NCBI RefSeq assembly: GCF_009914755.1
Contig: NC_060926.1
Strand: one strand, 5' to 3'
DNA length: 64,000 nucleotides
DNA from: the human T2T-CHM13v2.0 reference genome, Homo sapiens
This document shows positions 42,701 to 56,650 of the stretch, piece by piece; positions within the stretch are counted from its first letter, which is position 1; every line of letters starts with the position of its first letter. The notes under the pieces are model-generated. The model was not told where the DNA came from. It saw only the letters and a list, made by a program, of their open reading frames with translations, and did no database searches. The position numbers were made by a program, and so were the translations under genes.

Positions 42701-45339
42701 ACCACTGAGGGACACAGGGGACTCCAGGTGTCCAGGAGGGGCTGGCCCAGCAGCGACTAAGGAAAGCTGGGCAGGACAGTTGTGCTGGGTTTTGAAGGAT
42801 GAGCAGGAGTTGGGTGAGGAGGAGGGTCTGGCGGCACAGGCCAGGATTTGCACTCTGTCCAGGGTTACTGGGTGAGGGCCCCTTAGACAATCAGTTCCAC
42901 CTACACTCATCACACACTTATCACGCACACTCACTCTGTGATAAACAAAGGGGAGCCTTTGAAAACTTGGCGGCGGACGAGACACACAGAGGCCCAGGCG
43001 GCAGAGGCAGCCACAGAGCCAACAGTCCCAGGAGCTTTATCAGTGCCACACCCAATCACCTCCTATCAGAGCTTCCTCTCACCATGTCCTCAACCCAAGG
43101 CCAGATGTGAGTGGAGCTGAAGTGCCTTGGAGGGGACACCCCAGGGCAGGGCAGGGAGGGGGGGCAGGTGGCAGGAATGACAAAGTGTGAACCCGTGGCC
43201 AGCTCCAGAACCTCCTCCTGCAATCATCCACAGGGTTCAGCCTCGCTGGGCCTCGGCTGTGGAAGGAAACCCTCCCAAGGCTCCTCCCTAGAAAGGCTGG
43301 GTGGTTCACTGAGTTGACGCCATGCCTCCGGCACCCGGGTCCACAGGGGCTCAGTGGGAGCATCCCGTGGGTGGGTGCCCCTCCCCAGCCCTCCGCCAAG
43401 GCCTTTGTCATGGCCCAGTGAGAGGGCAGAAGGCCCTGGCGTCAGCCGCTCCCTGTGGGTACAGGGAGTCCTGCCACCCTCCAACAGACCCCGCATGGCA
43501 GGCAAGGCCCTGACCCACAGCGTGAGTCATGGGGCACAGGCAGTGCACGGCCACCGAACCCAGAAGGAGGAAGGGTGCCCAGGCCTGTCTTGTTTGAGCC
43601 AGGAGCAGCTCACCACGTACAGCACCCACCCACCATGCACGCACTTCAAGTCACCAGGGCCGCCTCCTCAGAAGGGAAGTGTCCTTATGTGACAGATGGC
43701 AGGTGAGCACAAACAAATCAGGACACAGCCTGACACCGTCCAGTCAGGAGGGGCCAGGAGCTCTAGCCGCCACAGTGAGGAGGGCCGGGTCTTCGGGCTC
43801 ACCCGGCTGGGCCCCAGCAGCCCCTCCTGGGGTCTCTGATCCCTCCCTCGGCCCCAGAGACCAGTGGGCCTGCTGCACTTGCGGGACACACACCCACAGT
43901 CTGAATGGCATGGCCCAGGGCAGGGATAAGCACTTCCCAAGGCCATCAGAAGGACCAGCCCAGGGGCCCAGGAGGGAAGCCTAAGGAAGGAGGGGTGAGG
44001 GCCGCGTTCCCAGTCACTCTGGTCCTGGCCAGGGCCAGGCAGAAAGCTAGGGGCTCCTCCACCAGCCAGCGCCACCCCTCGTCCCTGCAGTGGCAGCAGA
44101 GTTCCCAACACCCCACCCCCACACACACATGGAAGGGGGACCTCATCCAGCAAATCTCCCTCCCAGGCACCCACCACCCAGCTGCTGAGACCCCAGAAAA
44201 CGCATAAGGCCCTCACCTTCCGCATCATCTCCTCCCCACCTGCCTGCACAGGAAGGGCGGGCTGAGAAGTGAGCCCTGTCTCGCCCCTTCCTCCCAGCAG
44301 AGCCTGCGGTCGGGGGCCACGGAGGCAGGATGCACACCCTCGTGCCCCGGCGTTCTCACACCGAGGCTCCCCAGGCAGGCAGACACAGACAGAGGACAGG
44401 CAGGCGGGCAGGGGGAAGGCCACTGTCAGACACCCGGCCAGGCTTTCTCTGGGCCCAGTCCCGAGGGAGACACCCCAAGAGGCGAAAGGGAGGAGGGCCC
44501 CTAGAACAGGACAAAGGCGAGCCTTCTCCCCACCCCCGCCCCCCACCTCTGGGTCCAGGCTCGCTCACTGACTCCCGGGGGCTGTCCCTCTGTCAATCTT
44601 TCCTTGCCCCTCCTCCTCCGTCGTCTCCCACACACAGCTCGGGTCAGCCAAGCTGGGGAGCTGTGGATGATGACACAGGGCTGGCCTCGGGGATCTTTCC
44701 GCCCTCATGCTCCAGGGGCCCCTGCAGGGGAGACAGAGGGCAGGATGGCCAGCTGAAGGCCTCCGTGGTCACAAGCTCTGAGGCCTTGCAGGCACTCAGC
44801 TGGGGATACCAGGGACATCGCAGGACAAGTCTGCACCGAGACCAGGGTTGGCGTGGGCAGGCCATGGTGGGCGCCCAGGCAGGGGAAGGGGTACAAGGCC
44901 CTCTGCCTCCCCTCTCCTGCCCCAAGATGCTGCCTGCTGTCTGACACATCAGGCTGGGGTGGCAGTGGTGAAAGGGGTACAATGGGAGTCTTAAACCCCC
45001 AGGGGCAGAGGGAGCCAGTCTGAGGACAGTCCCGCAGATCCCATAGTCACCTAGTTCCCCAGCACACAACCCCTCCTCCAAGCCCATCTCTCAAATGCGA
45101 GCTGTCCCTGCAACCAGACACACAGGACCCCTCTCCCGGCTGCTGCTCACACCTCCCCATCCCCACTCCGACAGTGGAGCCACCTAAGCCTGCTCCCCAC
45201 CTCTGGGTGGAGAGTCTCGGTGGCCTCCAACAATCTAGGTGCCATGCAGGAGGCCACAGCAGCCCTGACGAGAGAGCAGAGGGAGGAAAAGAGGTTCTAA
45301 GCCCACCACTCACCTCCACATTTCATGTGGCCCTCTCAC

Positions 45340-46400
45340 CTCCTTATTTTCAAAGTATAAACCTCAAAGAAAGTGGAAAGGATACTACAGGGACTATCAT
45401 CTACCCTTCACCCAGATTCACCAATCAACTGTTACCACTTGGCCACACTCATTTGCTTTTTTCTTTTTTTTTTTTCTTTTTTTTTGCTTTTCTCTTTTCT
45501 TGCTATGTCGTCCAAGCTAGAGTACATGGCGCAATCATGGCTCACAGTAGCCTAGACTTTCTGAGCTTAAACGATCCGCCCACCTCAGCGTCCCGAGTAG
45601 CTGGGACTACAGGCCACTGCACCTAGCTAGTATTTTTACTTTTTGTAGAGACAGGGCCTCGCTATGTTGCCCAGGTTTGTCTGGAACTCCTAGCCTCAAG
45701 TGATCCTCCCACCTCAGCACCCTCAAGGTGCTGGGATTGCAGGTACAAGCCACCGTGCCCAGTCACTTTTCTCTATATATAAACCGTTCCTGCATTTGTA
45801 TGTTTGCCCAGCCAACAGAAGGTAAGCAGCAGAAGGGTCACTGGGATGACCTTCGCTCCACAATACTTCACCCCTAAATACTCCAACAGATTTCCTAAGA
45901 ACAAGAACATGCTCCAAAATGCCCATGATACCATAAGCACCCCCAATACATCCAAAATGTATTTTAAAATACCATCTACCACACGGTCCGCATTCAAATA
46001 TCCTTGGGTGCCCCCCAAATGCCCTTTATGTCTGGGTCTAGGATCCAACTGTGGTTCACATATTGCTTCTGATTGTCGGGTCTCTTGTTCCTTTAGTCCA
46101 GAATATTCCCCGTATGCCTATTTATCAATGTTATCCATTTTTTTTCTTTCGTGATACTGGTATCTTTTTAAGAGTGCAAACCAATCACTTGGAGAATGCC
46201 CCACACTCTGGATCCATCTGATTGTTTCCTTGTGAGGAAGTTCAGGTTAAAGGCTGCTTTGGCAAGAGTCCTGCAGAGGGAGGCTGAGCCTTCCCACCGC
46301 ACCACAGCTGTGTTAGGCTTGACCGCCGGGTCTGAGTCGTGTTTGCCAGATCTCTTGGAAAGGAAGGTCACTTTTCTCTTAGTCATCTGCAGGGCAATCA
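45340..46400 (-). mobile_element. Old L1M (L1MC-like) 3' fragment interrupted by an Alu
   Basis: Locally AT-rich; cccttcacccagattcacca, cccctaaatac...tttcctaagaacaag and ttggagaatgccccaca resemble recalled L1MC 3' ends. Confidence 0.55.
45457..45760 (-). mobile_element. Alu (AluJ-like)
   Basis: Diverged reverse Alu consensus. Confidence 0.9.
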
Positions 46401-48775
46401 CGGTCACTGTGGCAAGGCAAAAAGTTGTTGAAATTTTTGCACAGTGCCTTTACTATCCATCATTCTTTGCTATTCAGTGTGAGGTCTGTGGGCAGCTGCA
46501 TGACAGTCTTCCAAGAGCCTGGAGGAGAAAAAAAACTGCAGACCTGCTGAACCAGAGTGTTCCCTTTAACAAGTCCTCCTGGCGCACCGTATGCGCAGTG
46601 AAGTCTGAGAAGCACTGCAATAGCATCTTGGCTGGAACCCGCTGTTACCCAATCTCCTCCACGTGACCCGGCATTCCACAAACACGAGCCTCCCCTGGTC
46701 TTGCCTTTGCGAGGAGGGTGGTGAGGATATCGTGAGTCCTTCGTTTTGCGTTCGTGATTCATTTTGATGCTCAAACATCCCAAGTGCGACCAGTGGGAGG
46801 TTTCGGACACGTCCTCATTCATCTCCAGGCGCTTCCTTACTTTCTGGCACTAGCAGATTCTCCAGGCTCAGCCTGCACTGTCCCTGCCCCAGCCCTGGCA
46901 TCAGCCATTTCTCCAAGGAACCCTGATTTCCTTCGGTGGAGAGGCATGCTCATTGCTCTTAGGCATTTCGGCGTTCCCTCATGCTCAGAGCCGCAGATTA
47001 TTACCCCTGCTTTAGAGATAAGAAAGGAAAGGCTGCGGCACTGAAGGATTTGGCTCTGCAGCGAAGAAGCGACCGAGCTCAGATTCTGTGGCTTTGTGGT
47101 GGTGGTGAACAAGCATCATCACTCAGGTCTGTCTGCTTCAAGAAGTGAGAAAGGAGACAGACCCATGGCCTAGCAGCTGCCCTCTGAGCCTATTGCAGTG
47201 TTCCTTAGGAGGCCACACTGACTGTGGGCTGTGGCACCTGCCCCAGGCTGGTGACTGCACAAGGGGCAGCTTCCTGGTCTCATCCAGCCCAGGGAAACTC
47301 TCTTCCTCCTCAGAACCCAGTGAAGTCACACGTACAGAGGCGTCTTCAGAGCAGCAGTGCTTAACCCAGAAGCTAGCAGTCTCCTGGTGACGATTGAGGC
47401 CTTGTTCTCCCTCCGTCCCCCGCCCCGCCCCACCCCAGAGCTGCTGCTTCACCCTCAGGTTGGGAGGGGAGGGCACCCAGACCTGCAGCCAAGGACAGAG
47501 GGGCTAGAATGAGGGTCCCAGACTCCTTGGGAAAGCTACGGGCAGCTGGGCCCCTTGCAGCAGCCCCAGCTGTGGCTGCAAAGGGGAGAAGTGGCCCAGG
47601 TTCCTGCTGGAGAGCAGAGCCCAGGGGCACCGGGAAGTGAGTCCCAGGAAGCAAGCCCAGAACACACAGCACACTTCTTAGCGGCTAGCCACCCTTCAGG
47701 CTATGCCTTCCAACTTCTCAAAGGCACAATGACTTTAAAGATAAGTGCATTCCATCTGGAGGCAAGAACGCTCCCCAGCCCTCAGGGCCCCACACAGCAG
47801 CACAAGCTCGGCCATGTACATGCAGCAAGCACCTCCAGTGTGAGATGACGCCCACACACGCTCACACACACCCTCCCTGGCAGAGCCACCTGTTCATGGC
47901 CCTCCTGGGCACAGTAGGAAAGTGGAGGAACCACGAAGAAGCCACAGAGACAAGCAAGAGGCAGAGGGAGGCCCGGGGAGAGCCCATAATGAGGAAGGAG
48001 CCCGAAAGAAAACCAGAGATGGGGAAACCAAGAGCGAGCCCAGGGTGGCCAGACGCACCCCCAGCAGGAAGGGCCCAGCACCTCTGGGGGAATGGGGTCC
48101 TCCCCCTCAGCTCACACCCTCAGGGCTGCTCCGAAAGGGGGAGCTGAGCCAGGCCTCAGCCCCCTTCCCTAGCTCCTCTGTGCCCCCATACCTGGGGCCC
48201 CCATGTCCCCTGGGCTGGATATGAGGTGGTGGCAGGAGGGGCTGGCTCTAGGGACAGGCATCTGTCAACCTGCCCTCCCTCGAGGGAGATGCTGCCAGCT
48301 CAGCTCTCACTTCAGAGGGGACTCCCTCCCCATCAAATTCCTTCCCTATGGAGCCCAGTTGAGGCCCCCACATGTGCCCCTCTAGGTAAGCTCCACAAAG
48401 CTCACAGTGCAAAGCATGACCACCAGGGAATCTCTCCTCCAAGGACTCACCTTGGGGGACACACCACCCTTGAACCCCCTCCCGTTGGGTTCATATCCCT
48501 AGGCCACCCTGAGGTGATGACCGTTGGTCCTATTTTACAGATGAAGAAATCGAGGGTCAGGGCGGTCACTCAGCTAATGAGCACTAGAGCCAGGATGCCA
48601 CACCTGATCAGTTCCAAAGCCCAGACTCAACTTTTGACTCCCAAACTGGGGCACACAGACACTGGGGGGAGCGGGCGTGTGTCTGGAGCTTGCTGAAGAA
48701 GATTCACACTCCATCTTGCTTTGATCCAAAGATCGAACTGGTAAAGAAAACACTTTTGTGACATAACCAACATAG

Positions 48776-49187
<412 letters not shown>

Positions 49188-50837
49188 ACAGTGATCCGTC
49201 TTTTTAACAAGTCCGTGACCCCCAGGAAGCGCCTGGCCTCACCCCCACATGGCGATCCACCTTTTTGACAAGCCCCCATGCTCCGTCCCCTGACACCAGT
49301 CCACAAAGACTCATCACACTTTTCCGTGGTCCCCTGCTCAGAAAGGCTGACTGAGGAAGCTGCCTGGCCTCTCTTGGGAGGCCGTCACTCTAAAATGATG
49401 ATCTCCTTCCTCTTTTTGGTGATTTTCCCTTTCCTTTGTGAAATACTGGTGAGAGCAAAAAGTGGTGTTGGGTTTTCTCTTTTACATCCTTAACTGACAA
49501 TAAAAACTTGACCAACTACGTCAGCCCCACCACAATGCTTTGCTGGTCAAAAACGAAAACACAGAGAGCCCTCCCAGCCCGGCCGGCCCCTGGAGGTCCT
49601 GTCTGCATCAGAGCTGGCAGCCCAGCCCCGCCCCTGAGAAAGAAGGGGGAGGGGAAGGAAGTTGCAGGGTCTCCTCCTCCACACTCATCTCTGCAGCTGG
49701 AAGGGAAGGCTCCCGCCCCAGAGAACGAGTGTCCAGTTGACTCCAGGCCAGGAAGGCCCCCTCCCCGTCCTCTCTCTCATCCCTCCCAGGGTGCCTGAAA
49801 TTCCAGCCGGTTCTGTAGATAAGCCTATGGCCTGCAGCCAGGGTGGTGCCACGTGGACCCCAGAGGAAGCCAGGGTGGGCTGCGGTGGCCTGGGGAGCCC
49901 CGAGCAGAGCACACAGCGTGAGTGGAGGCAGCAGGGGCCAGAGTCAGGCTGGGAGGGGGCTGGGGTGAGCACTCTCACAGTGGCCGGCGGGGCTGGACCA
50001 GCCAAGGGCAGTGCAGGACGGACGGCAGAGCAGGAACCGCTCATCCAAAGACCACATGTGCTCCAAATCCTGGCAGGGGAGGGAGGCGTTTCACAGTGAG
50101 GAAACCGAGAGTCCCATGTCAGTAAGCAATGAGCTAGAATCCGCACACGGCCCACCGCTACCAAGCCCTTGGATTTTATCAGCCACCCCACCACCTTCCA
50201 ACCAGGAGGGCTGGAGGACCCCCTGGATCATGACTGGCTCCCCTCCCCTCGGGACCATCCCCCAAGCTGAGTCTATTCTTAGCCATCAGCAGAACCAGGT
50301 GTCCACCAGCAAACAGAGGAGTTTCTAGAAGGGCTACGCCCACCCAGACCATCATCAAGCGCCCAGCCAGCTGCCCAGGCCTCACCCTCCAGCTTCTTCC
50401 CCACCCAGCCAGCACTTAGTGGAAGAAAGGAACCTTCCACCAGACCCACCACTGTGAAGAGTCCCCACCCCGGCTCTGGGACGTGGCCTCTCGGCTGTAG
50501 GGCCTGGTGGCTGTGGTGGTCACACTGTGGGTGAGCTGGCCAGACGCAGGAGGGATCTTCTCATAACTCAGTTCCTTGAGAGGGGTGCCAAGAGCAGGAC
50601 AGGCACAGAATCAGAGCCTCCCCTGCCAACTCCCACCCAAAAACGAAGGTGGCTTCCTCTTCTGCACTATCACCTCACAACAGGCATTTGAAGACTCAGC
50701 AACGTGCCCTGGTGGCAGTGTGCCTGGCCATGCTCTATGGGAAGCCAAGCAAGGTCTCTGCCCTGGAGGAGCCAGCACTCTAGGAGGGAGGCAATGTTGA
50801 AAGGTGCTGTGAGCCTCCGAACAAAAATGCAGCAGGG

Positions 50838-51140
50838 GGACGGGTGCGGTGGCTCACACCTGTAATCCCAGCACTTTGGGAGGCTGAGGGGGGCAAATCA
50901 CCTAAGGTCAGGAGTTCCAGACCAGCCTGGGCAACATAGTGAGATCCTACCCCTACCAAAAATAGTTTTTAATTAGCTGAGTGTGATGGTGTGCACCTAT
51001 AGTCCTAGCTACTGGGGAGGCTAGGGCAGGAGGATGCCTTGAGTTCAGGAGTTCAAAAAATGCAGTGATCCAGGACCGCACCACTGCACTCCAGCCAGGG
51101 CGACAGAGCAAGACCGTATCTCTTAAAAAAAAAAAAAAAG
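50838..51140 (+). mobile_element. Alu (AluJ-like)
   Basis: Alu consensus with A-tail. Confidence 0.93.
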
Positions 51141-53974
51141 AGAGACACTGAAGGGCTGGGGGTGAGGGGAGAGGGCGGCTGCTCTTAGGAAGGAACTCAG
51201 GGAAGTGACAGCTGAGCAGAGACCTGATGAAGGAGCAAGACACCAGGCCAGGAAGGAAGAAGAAGGTAGAACTCACTGGACAGAGAACTCAGTGAGTGCA
51301 AAGGCCCTGAGGTGGACGGGAGGGATGCCACAGGACAGCAAGACCGGCGTGGCTGAGAGTGGCAGGGGGCAGGGCGGACCAGGAGGCCCTGAAACACCAG
51401 GTGCCAGGCTTCATGCTGAGCCCTTGGGCATGATTCCATAGCCTCATGGTGGACCCCTCCATAACCTCATGAAGGAAATACTATTATATTCTCACTTTGC
51501 AGGTGAGGAAACTGAGGCACTGCCTTAACAACTCCCCAGGGTCACGCAGCCAGGCCCAGGATCCCAACCCCAGGCCTGGGTCCATCGGTGAGGAGCTTTA
51601 ACCACTGCACATGCAGCCTCGGCCCCCAGGACCACAGAGGCCCCTGGAAGACTCTGGCCCTTAAAACCCAGCATGGAACGTGGAACCCTGGAAAGCTCTG
51701 AGCCAAGACTTGATTTTGCAGCCTGCAAAGCTCCCAGGCTGGCGCGTGTACACACTTCAGGAGCGCAGTGGGGCAGGGTGCCTGTTCAGAAGCTGACTGC
51801 ACTGACCCAGGTGGGAGGCAAGGGGACTCTGTGATCTGAGCTACTAGAGGGAAGGGGTGGTCATCACCTGAGATGGGGACACGTGTTGGGGTAACAGCTG
51901 GGGGTCACAGTGAGTTTGCAGTGCCCAGAGATGTCCAGGAGGAAGGTGCGGACACAATGGCCAGGAACCCTGGGGTGGACTGGACACACCCCACCGTCAG
52001 GTTTCTATCACACCCCGGCCCCACCCACCTGCCCCTCAGTCCCTCCCACTGCCCACTCTGGATGACCAGCTCAGGGCATCTAGTCTGGGCAGCTGGCCAG
52101 GAACCCCTTCTGGTAGGAGACACTGCTGGGGCAGAAGGTGCTGGGAGCAGGCCCAGGCTGTGCAGCCCTGGGCAAGTAAGCTCACCTCCCTGACCTGCTG
52201 GGTCTCATCACTTAGAGCCAAGAACTCCCTCAAGGGTGTTTAAAGGTGAAGTATGATCATGTAGGTAAGAGGGCCCAGCAGAGCCGCTAGCACTGGATTC
52301 CCCCCTGCTCCCCCCACCCAGGGCTGAAAGTTCCTGCAGTCTTCCCACCCTAGTCCCCAACGCCCTACTCCCCCAACCCCCAGCTCACATAAGCCTTCCC
52401 CGCACCTGCCGCCCAGTGCACCTGCTCCTGCGGCTCACAGTCCACTGCAGCATGGCCAGTTCCTTGGAACAGCATATACCAACCACCCCCCTTCCTCTCT
52501 CCAATCAAGCTCCCCTCTGCAGCCTCCTTGCCTGCAGCTCTGCAAGGACCCTGCAAGCCACCCCATTACGCTGGGCCCCTTTGGGAAAAGGGTAAACCGA
52601 CAAGAGGCCCCATGGAAATCAACCAAACAGCTGAAGACAGTGGCCATCGCAGCAAGGCCAGCCTGGTGCAACCCGCTGTGGCCACATGAGGAGCCCTGAT
52701 GGGCCTTGCTACTACTCCACATCCCAGTGCCACCCCCGCAGGCAGGCAGCAAGGGCATGGCCGCGGGGCATCAGTGACACAGGGCGACCCTCCACCACTT
52801 CAGTTGTGCTGGGTGGGGCTCGCTGAGGACAGCCTGTCTCCACAGGCACGCACCCCACCCTTGGCCCCAGCCCTCCGCCCATCTGTCCCTCCACACAAGT
52901 GCGGGTGCTATTCTCAGCCCAGCTCCAGGACACTGGCCATAAACACACGGTGGAATCTGCTTCTCCAGCCCACCCGCCTCCCACCCTCATCACCTGCTTC
53001 CTGAGCTCAGTGGGGGAACAGCCTGTGCTGGGAGGAGCAGAGCACCAGCCCAGCCCCAGCCAGGGCACAGCTGTGGGTGGGGGGCGGTGGCAGCTCCCCA
53101 GCAGCCAGGGCAGGGGAGGGGGAAGGTCTGGCCAGCACCCACCTGCCTTGGGGCCAAGTGAAGGTCTGAGCTGGGTGGGAAGGCAACAGCCACGGGTCGC
53201 CACACACTCCCACAGTCTTCATTAGGAAACTTTGCCTCCCTAGCAATGCCAGGCTATGCTGGCCCTTCACATCACCTCCTCCAGGCAGCCTTCCCCGACT
53301 CCACTCCAGGCACAGGAGCTGACTTGTTCTTCTGGATGCCTTCAGGTTCTTACACGTCTGTTCCTGTCTGAGAAGCTCAACCTATACATGCAACCAGGCT
53401 ATTCATTCCTTAATCAAAGTCCTCGGTTTCTATATCCATGACACTGGAACTAGTAAATGGTGCCTACGGGAGGTATGTGTTTATCTCAAACACATCATTG
53501 GTATTACTTCAAACAGTATTGTTGTCATTTCTGCTATTCAAAGGAGTGAATGCCCAGAGTCAGCTTTAGATAGCGCCCACCCAGAAGTGCCCACTGAGGC
53601 ACCAACAGGCACCCCACGCAGCACAGTACTGAGGAGGCTGCCCTCACCCCAGCCCCGGGGCATTCTCAGGCCTTCCTCTACCCAGTGCTGTTCTAGGGGC
53701 TTCCCTGCCTCACCCTGGCCTGTCCAGCATGCCCTGCCCCTCCACACAAGTGTGAGTGCTGTTCTCAGCCACAGGGGCTCCCCATCTTTGCCGATGCAGA
53801 AACAAAAGCCAAGGCTGGCAGGTTCTGAGTCCCAGAGAAGAGGAGAATGGACCTACTTCGAGTCCAAGGCTGATTCCACTGTATTTGGCCCCAGAAGTAG
53901 GAAATCAAGGCTGGAGGAAAGTTGGGAAGGAACCAGAAGGGGACGAGGTGTTTGATCAACAGGTATTCAGATCA

Positions 53975-54370
<396 letters not shown>

Positions 54371-54371
54371 C

Positions 54372-54540
54372 TACCCCTGCCCTACCCCATGGCCCCTACC
54401 TTTGGCCCTGCCCCTAGCCTTGCCCCTTCCCCAGGCTCTTGGCCCAGCTCTCCGCCTGGCCCCTACCCCACATACCACCCTCCACCACACCCCTACACCC
54501 ACCCCTACCCCCTGTCCCTGCCCCTGCCCCAGGCCCTGGC
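54372..54540 (+). repeat. C-rich low-complexity tract (CCCCTR-like hexamers)
   Basis: Directly visible; G-runs on the transcript strand. Confidence 0.7.
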
Positions 54541-55562
54541 AGGTGGAATGAATGTTCAGGGGAGCAGAGGGGCTCCGGGCTTCCTCCCCCTAACCCTGCC
54601 CGTCCTGTGCTGTGTGGTAAGGAGGAGTGGAATGACATAAATGTGAAGGGCTAGAGGGACATGGATGTGGGGGACAAATGCACTGCCCCTCCCCACCCGA
54701 TTAAGGATGTCAGCACACAGTGGGACAGAAGTGGACATAGCCCAGCCCCACCCTAATGGGCTGTGTGACTTCAGCAGGTGCCATCCCTCCCTGGGCATAA
54801 TCCAGGTCCCACTAACCTTAGAGGGAGGTAACAGGAGCAACAGGGCCCAGAGAGGCTGACCGCTGCTCAGCTGGCTGCCCCGTGTGGGAGGCAGTGCTGC
54901 TGACTAAAGGCCCCAAACACCTGCCCGCAGTCCCTAGCACCACCAGGCTCAGCCCTGAGGCCAGCCACCAGCTCAGGGGCATGCTGCAGGGGGCAGCAAG
55001 GGCCTCCCACTGACCCGCAGCCCCGGGCAAGTCACCAGCCTTCCAGAGGATCCACCCTGCAGTCCCAGTCATCATCTAGAAAGGTCCCCAGAGTGTGCCC
55101 AGGTTCCTTCACTAACACATCCAGTCCTCCTCCAAAGCTCCCGGGGAAGGGCCAACACAGTGCAGTGCACTTGGGAAGGGGAGGCAGGGACCCCATGAAG
55201 GAGAGAGGACAGAGGTCCCAGAAGCCACAGCCCACGCCTGCACCCCCTGTGCCCGAAAGGAAGAGGAGCTCCTCCTGCACTGTCCCCTCCTCCCCAAGGG
55301 CTCTCTCCATCAAGAGCAGCACAGTTCAACAGTAAGGGGCTGAGCAGACAGACAGAGGGGCCAATCCCTCTAAAAAAAAAAAAAAATCCCAGGAGGGAGC
55401 CAAAGGAGTGGGGCACAGCCTGGGGGCCCCCCCACAGATGCCAGGTCAGCCCCCAGCCACCCCCACGCTAGGGCTGTCCACAGAGAGAGGGGTCAGGGAG
55501 GGAGGGCGGAAGGGGAAGTGGGGGCTTACAGTATCACCTGGAGCCTGGCCCCCACAAGGCCC

Positions 55563-56190
55563 TGTCGGGGCTCAGAACACAGCACCCCAAAGTGTGGTGC
55601 TGTGGCTCACTGCAGACTCTGAACAAAGGGCATGTGAAAGGCCTCAGAGGTAAGCTCTCTGTGACCTTCTCCTGCCCTTCTGTCTCTCTCCCCTCTTTTT
55701 CCCTGCCCAGGTGAGTCATCAAAACTGGAATTTTTCTTTCCCAAGGTGAAGCATAAAGACCAAAACCCCTTTTCCCCAAAGCCAGCCATGAAACCCAGAT
55801 AGTTCACTCTCTCCCACTCCCTTCACCCCTGAAGACCCTCATTCCACAGGGGTCCTGCGCTGTATGTGGGAGGAAGCCACACAACACAGAGAGGCCGGAA
55901 AGAAGCCGAGCCGACAAGCCTTGCTGGGTTCCCCCTCGGACTATCACCATTAGGTCACACCCGTTGTCCCATCATATGTCTACACGGCTGTCCATTCCTC
56001 ACCAACTTATGTCTGAAAACAGACAGTTCTCTCTGGTCCTTGCATCTTCATCGTTGAAGGCTCCCGTGTCATGTAAAACATTGATTAAAGAAATGTGATG
56101 CTTTGCTCTTGGAAACCTGTCTTTCGTTAGAGCGGTGTCAGCTGTGGCCCTTATGATGGGTGAGAACGATACCACACGTTTCCGCCCCTG
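55563..56190 (+). mobile_element. Solo ERV1-class LTR (MER34/MER39-like)
   Basis: Begins tgtcggggctcagaa...accccaaa.t.tggtgct as in recalled MER34-family LTRs; ATTAAA at 56084-56089; about 630 bp. Confidence 0.55.
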
Positions 56191-56469
56191 CCGCTCTCTC
56201 TGGACAATCCCCTCCCCTTCCTTCCTTCCCAAGGCCTCAAGCCCTACCATCTGGATCCTGAGCTAGGCCTGGACTCCCTGGACTCCTCCAGTGCTGGGGG
56301 CCCCAGGCCTAAACTCAGACAGGACGGCCCTAGAGGATACACACGGAGGGCATGGGTGCAGCTAGACACCCCCCACTGGCCTAAGGCCCTGCTCCCTGCC
56401 CTGGAGCAGGGCTGGTCCACGAGCCGGCACCCCGACCTTCAGGGTCCTCGTGTGTGAAATGGAGACACC

Positions 56470-56650
56470 TGTTCTCCCGTTTAATCCTCATGACAACCCT
56501 CCCACGCAGGATACTATCCCACCTCACAAAAGGGGACACTGAAACTTGGAGGGGGAGTAACTTGTCCAAGGTCAAAGCACTGAGGAAGAGCAGAGCTAGG
56601 ATTTGAACCTGGGGCTCTGAGACTTGAAAATCATATTCTTTCCACCTTGC
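56470..56650 (-). mobile_element. MIR fragment
   Basis: tttaatcctcatgacaaccct...gtaacttgtccaaggtca...gagctaggatttgaacc. Confidence 0.7.
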
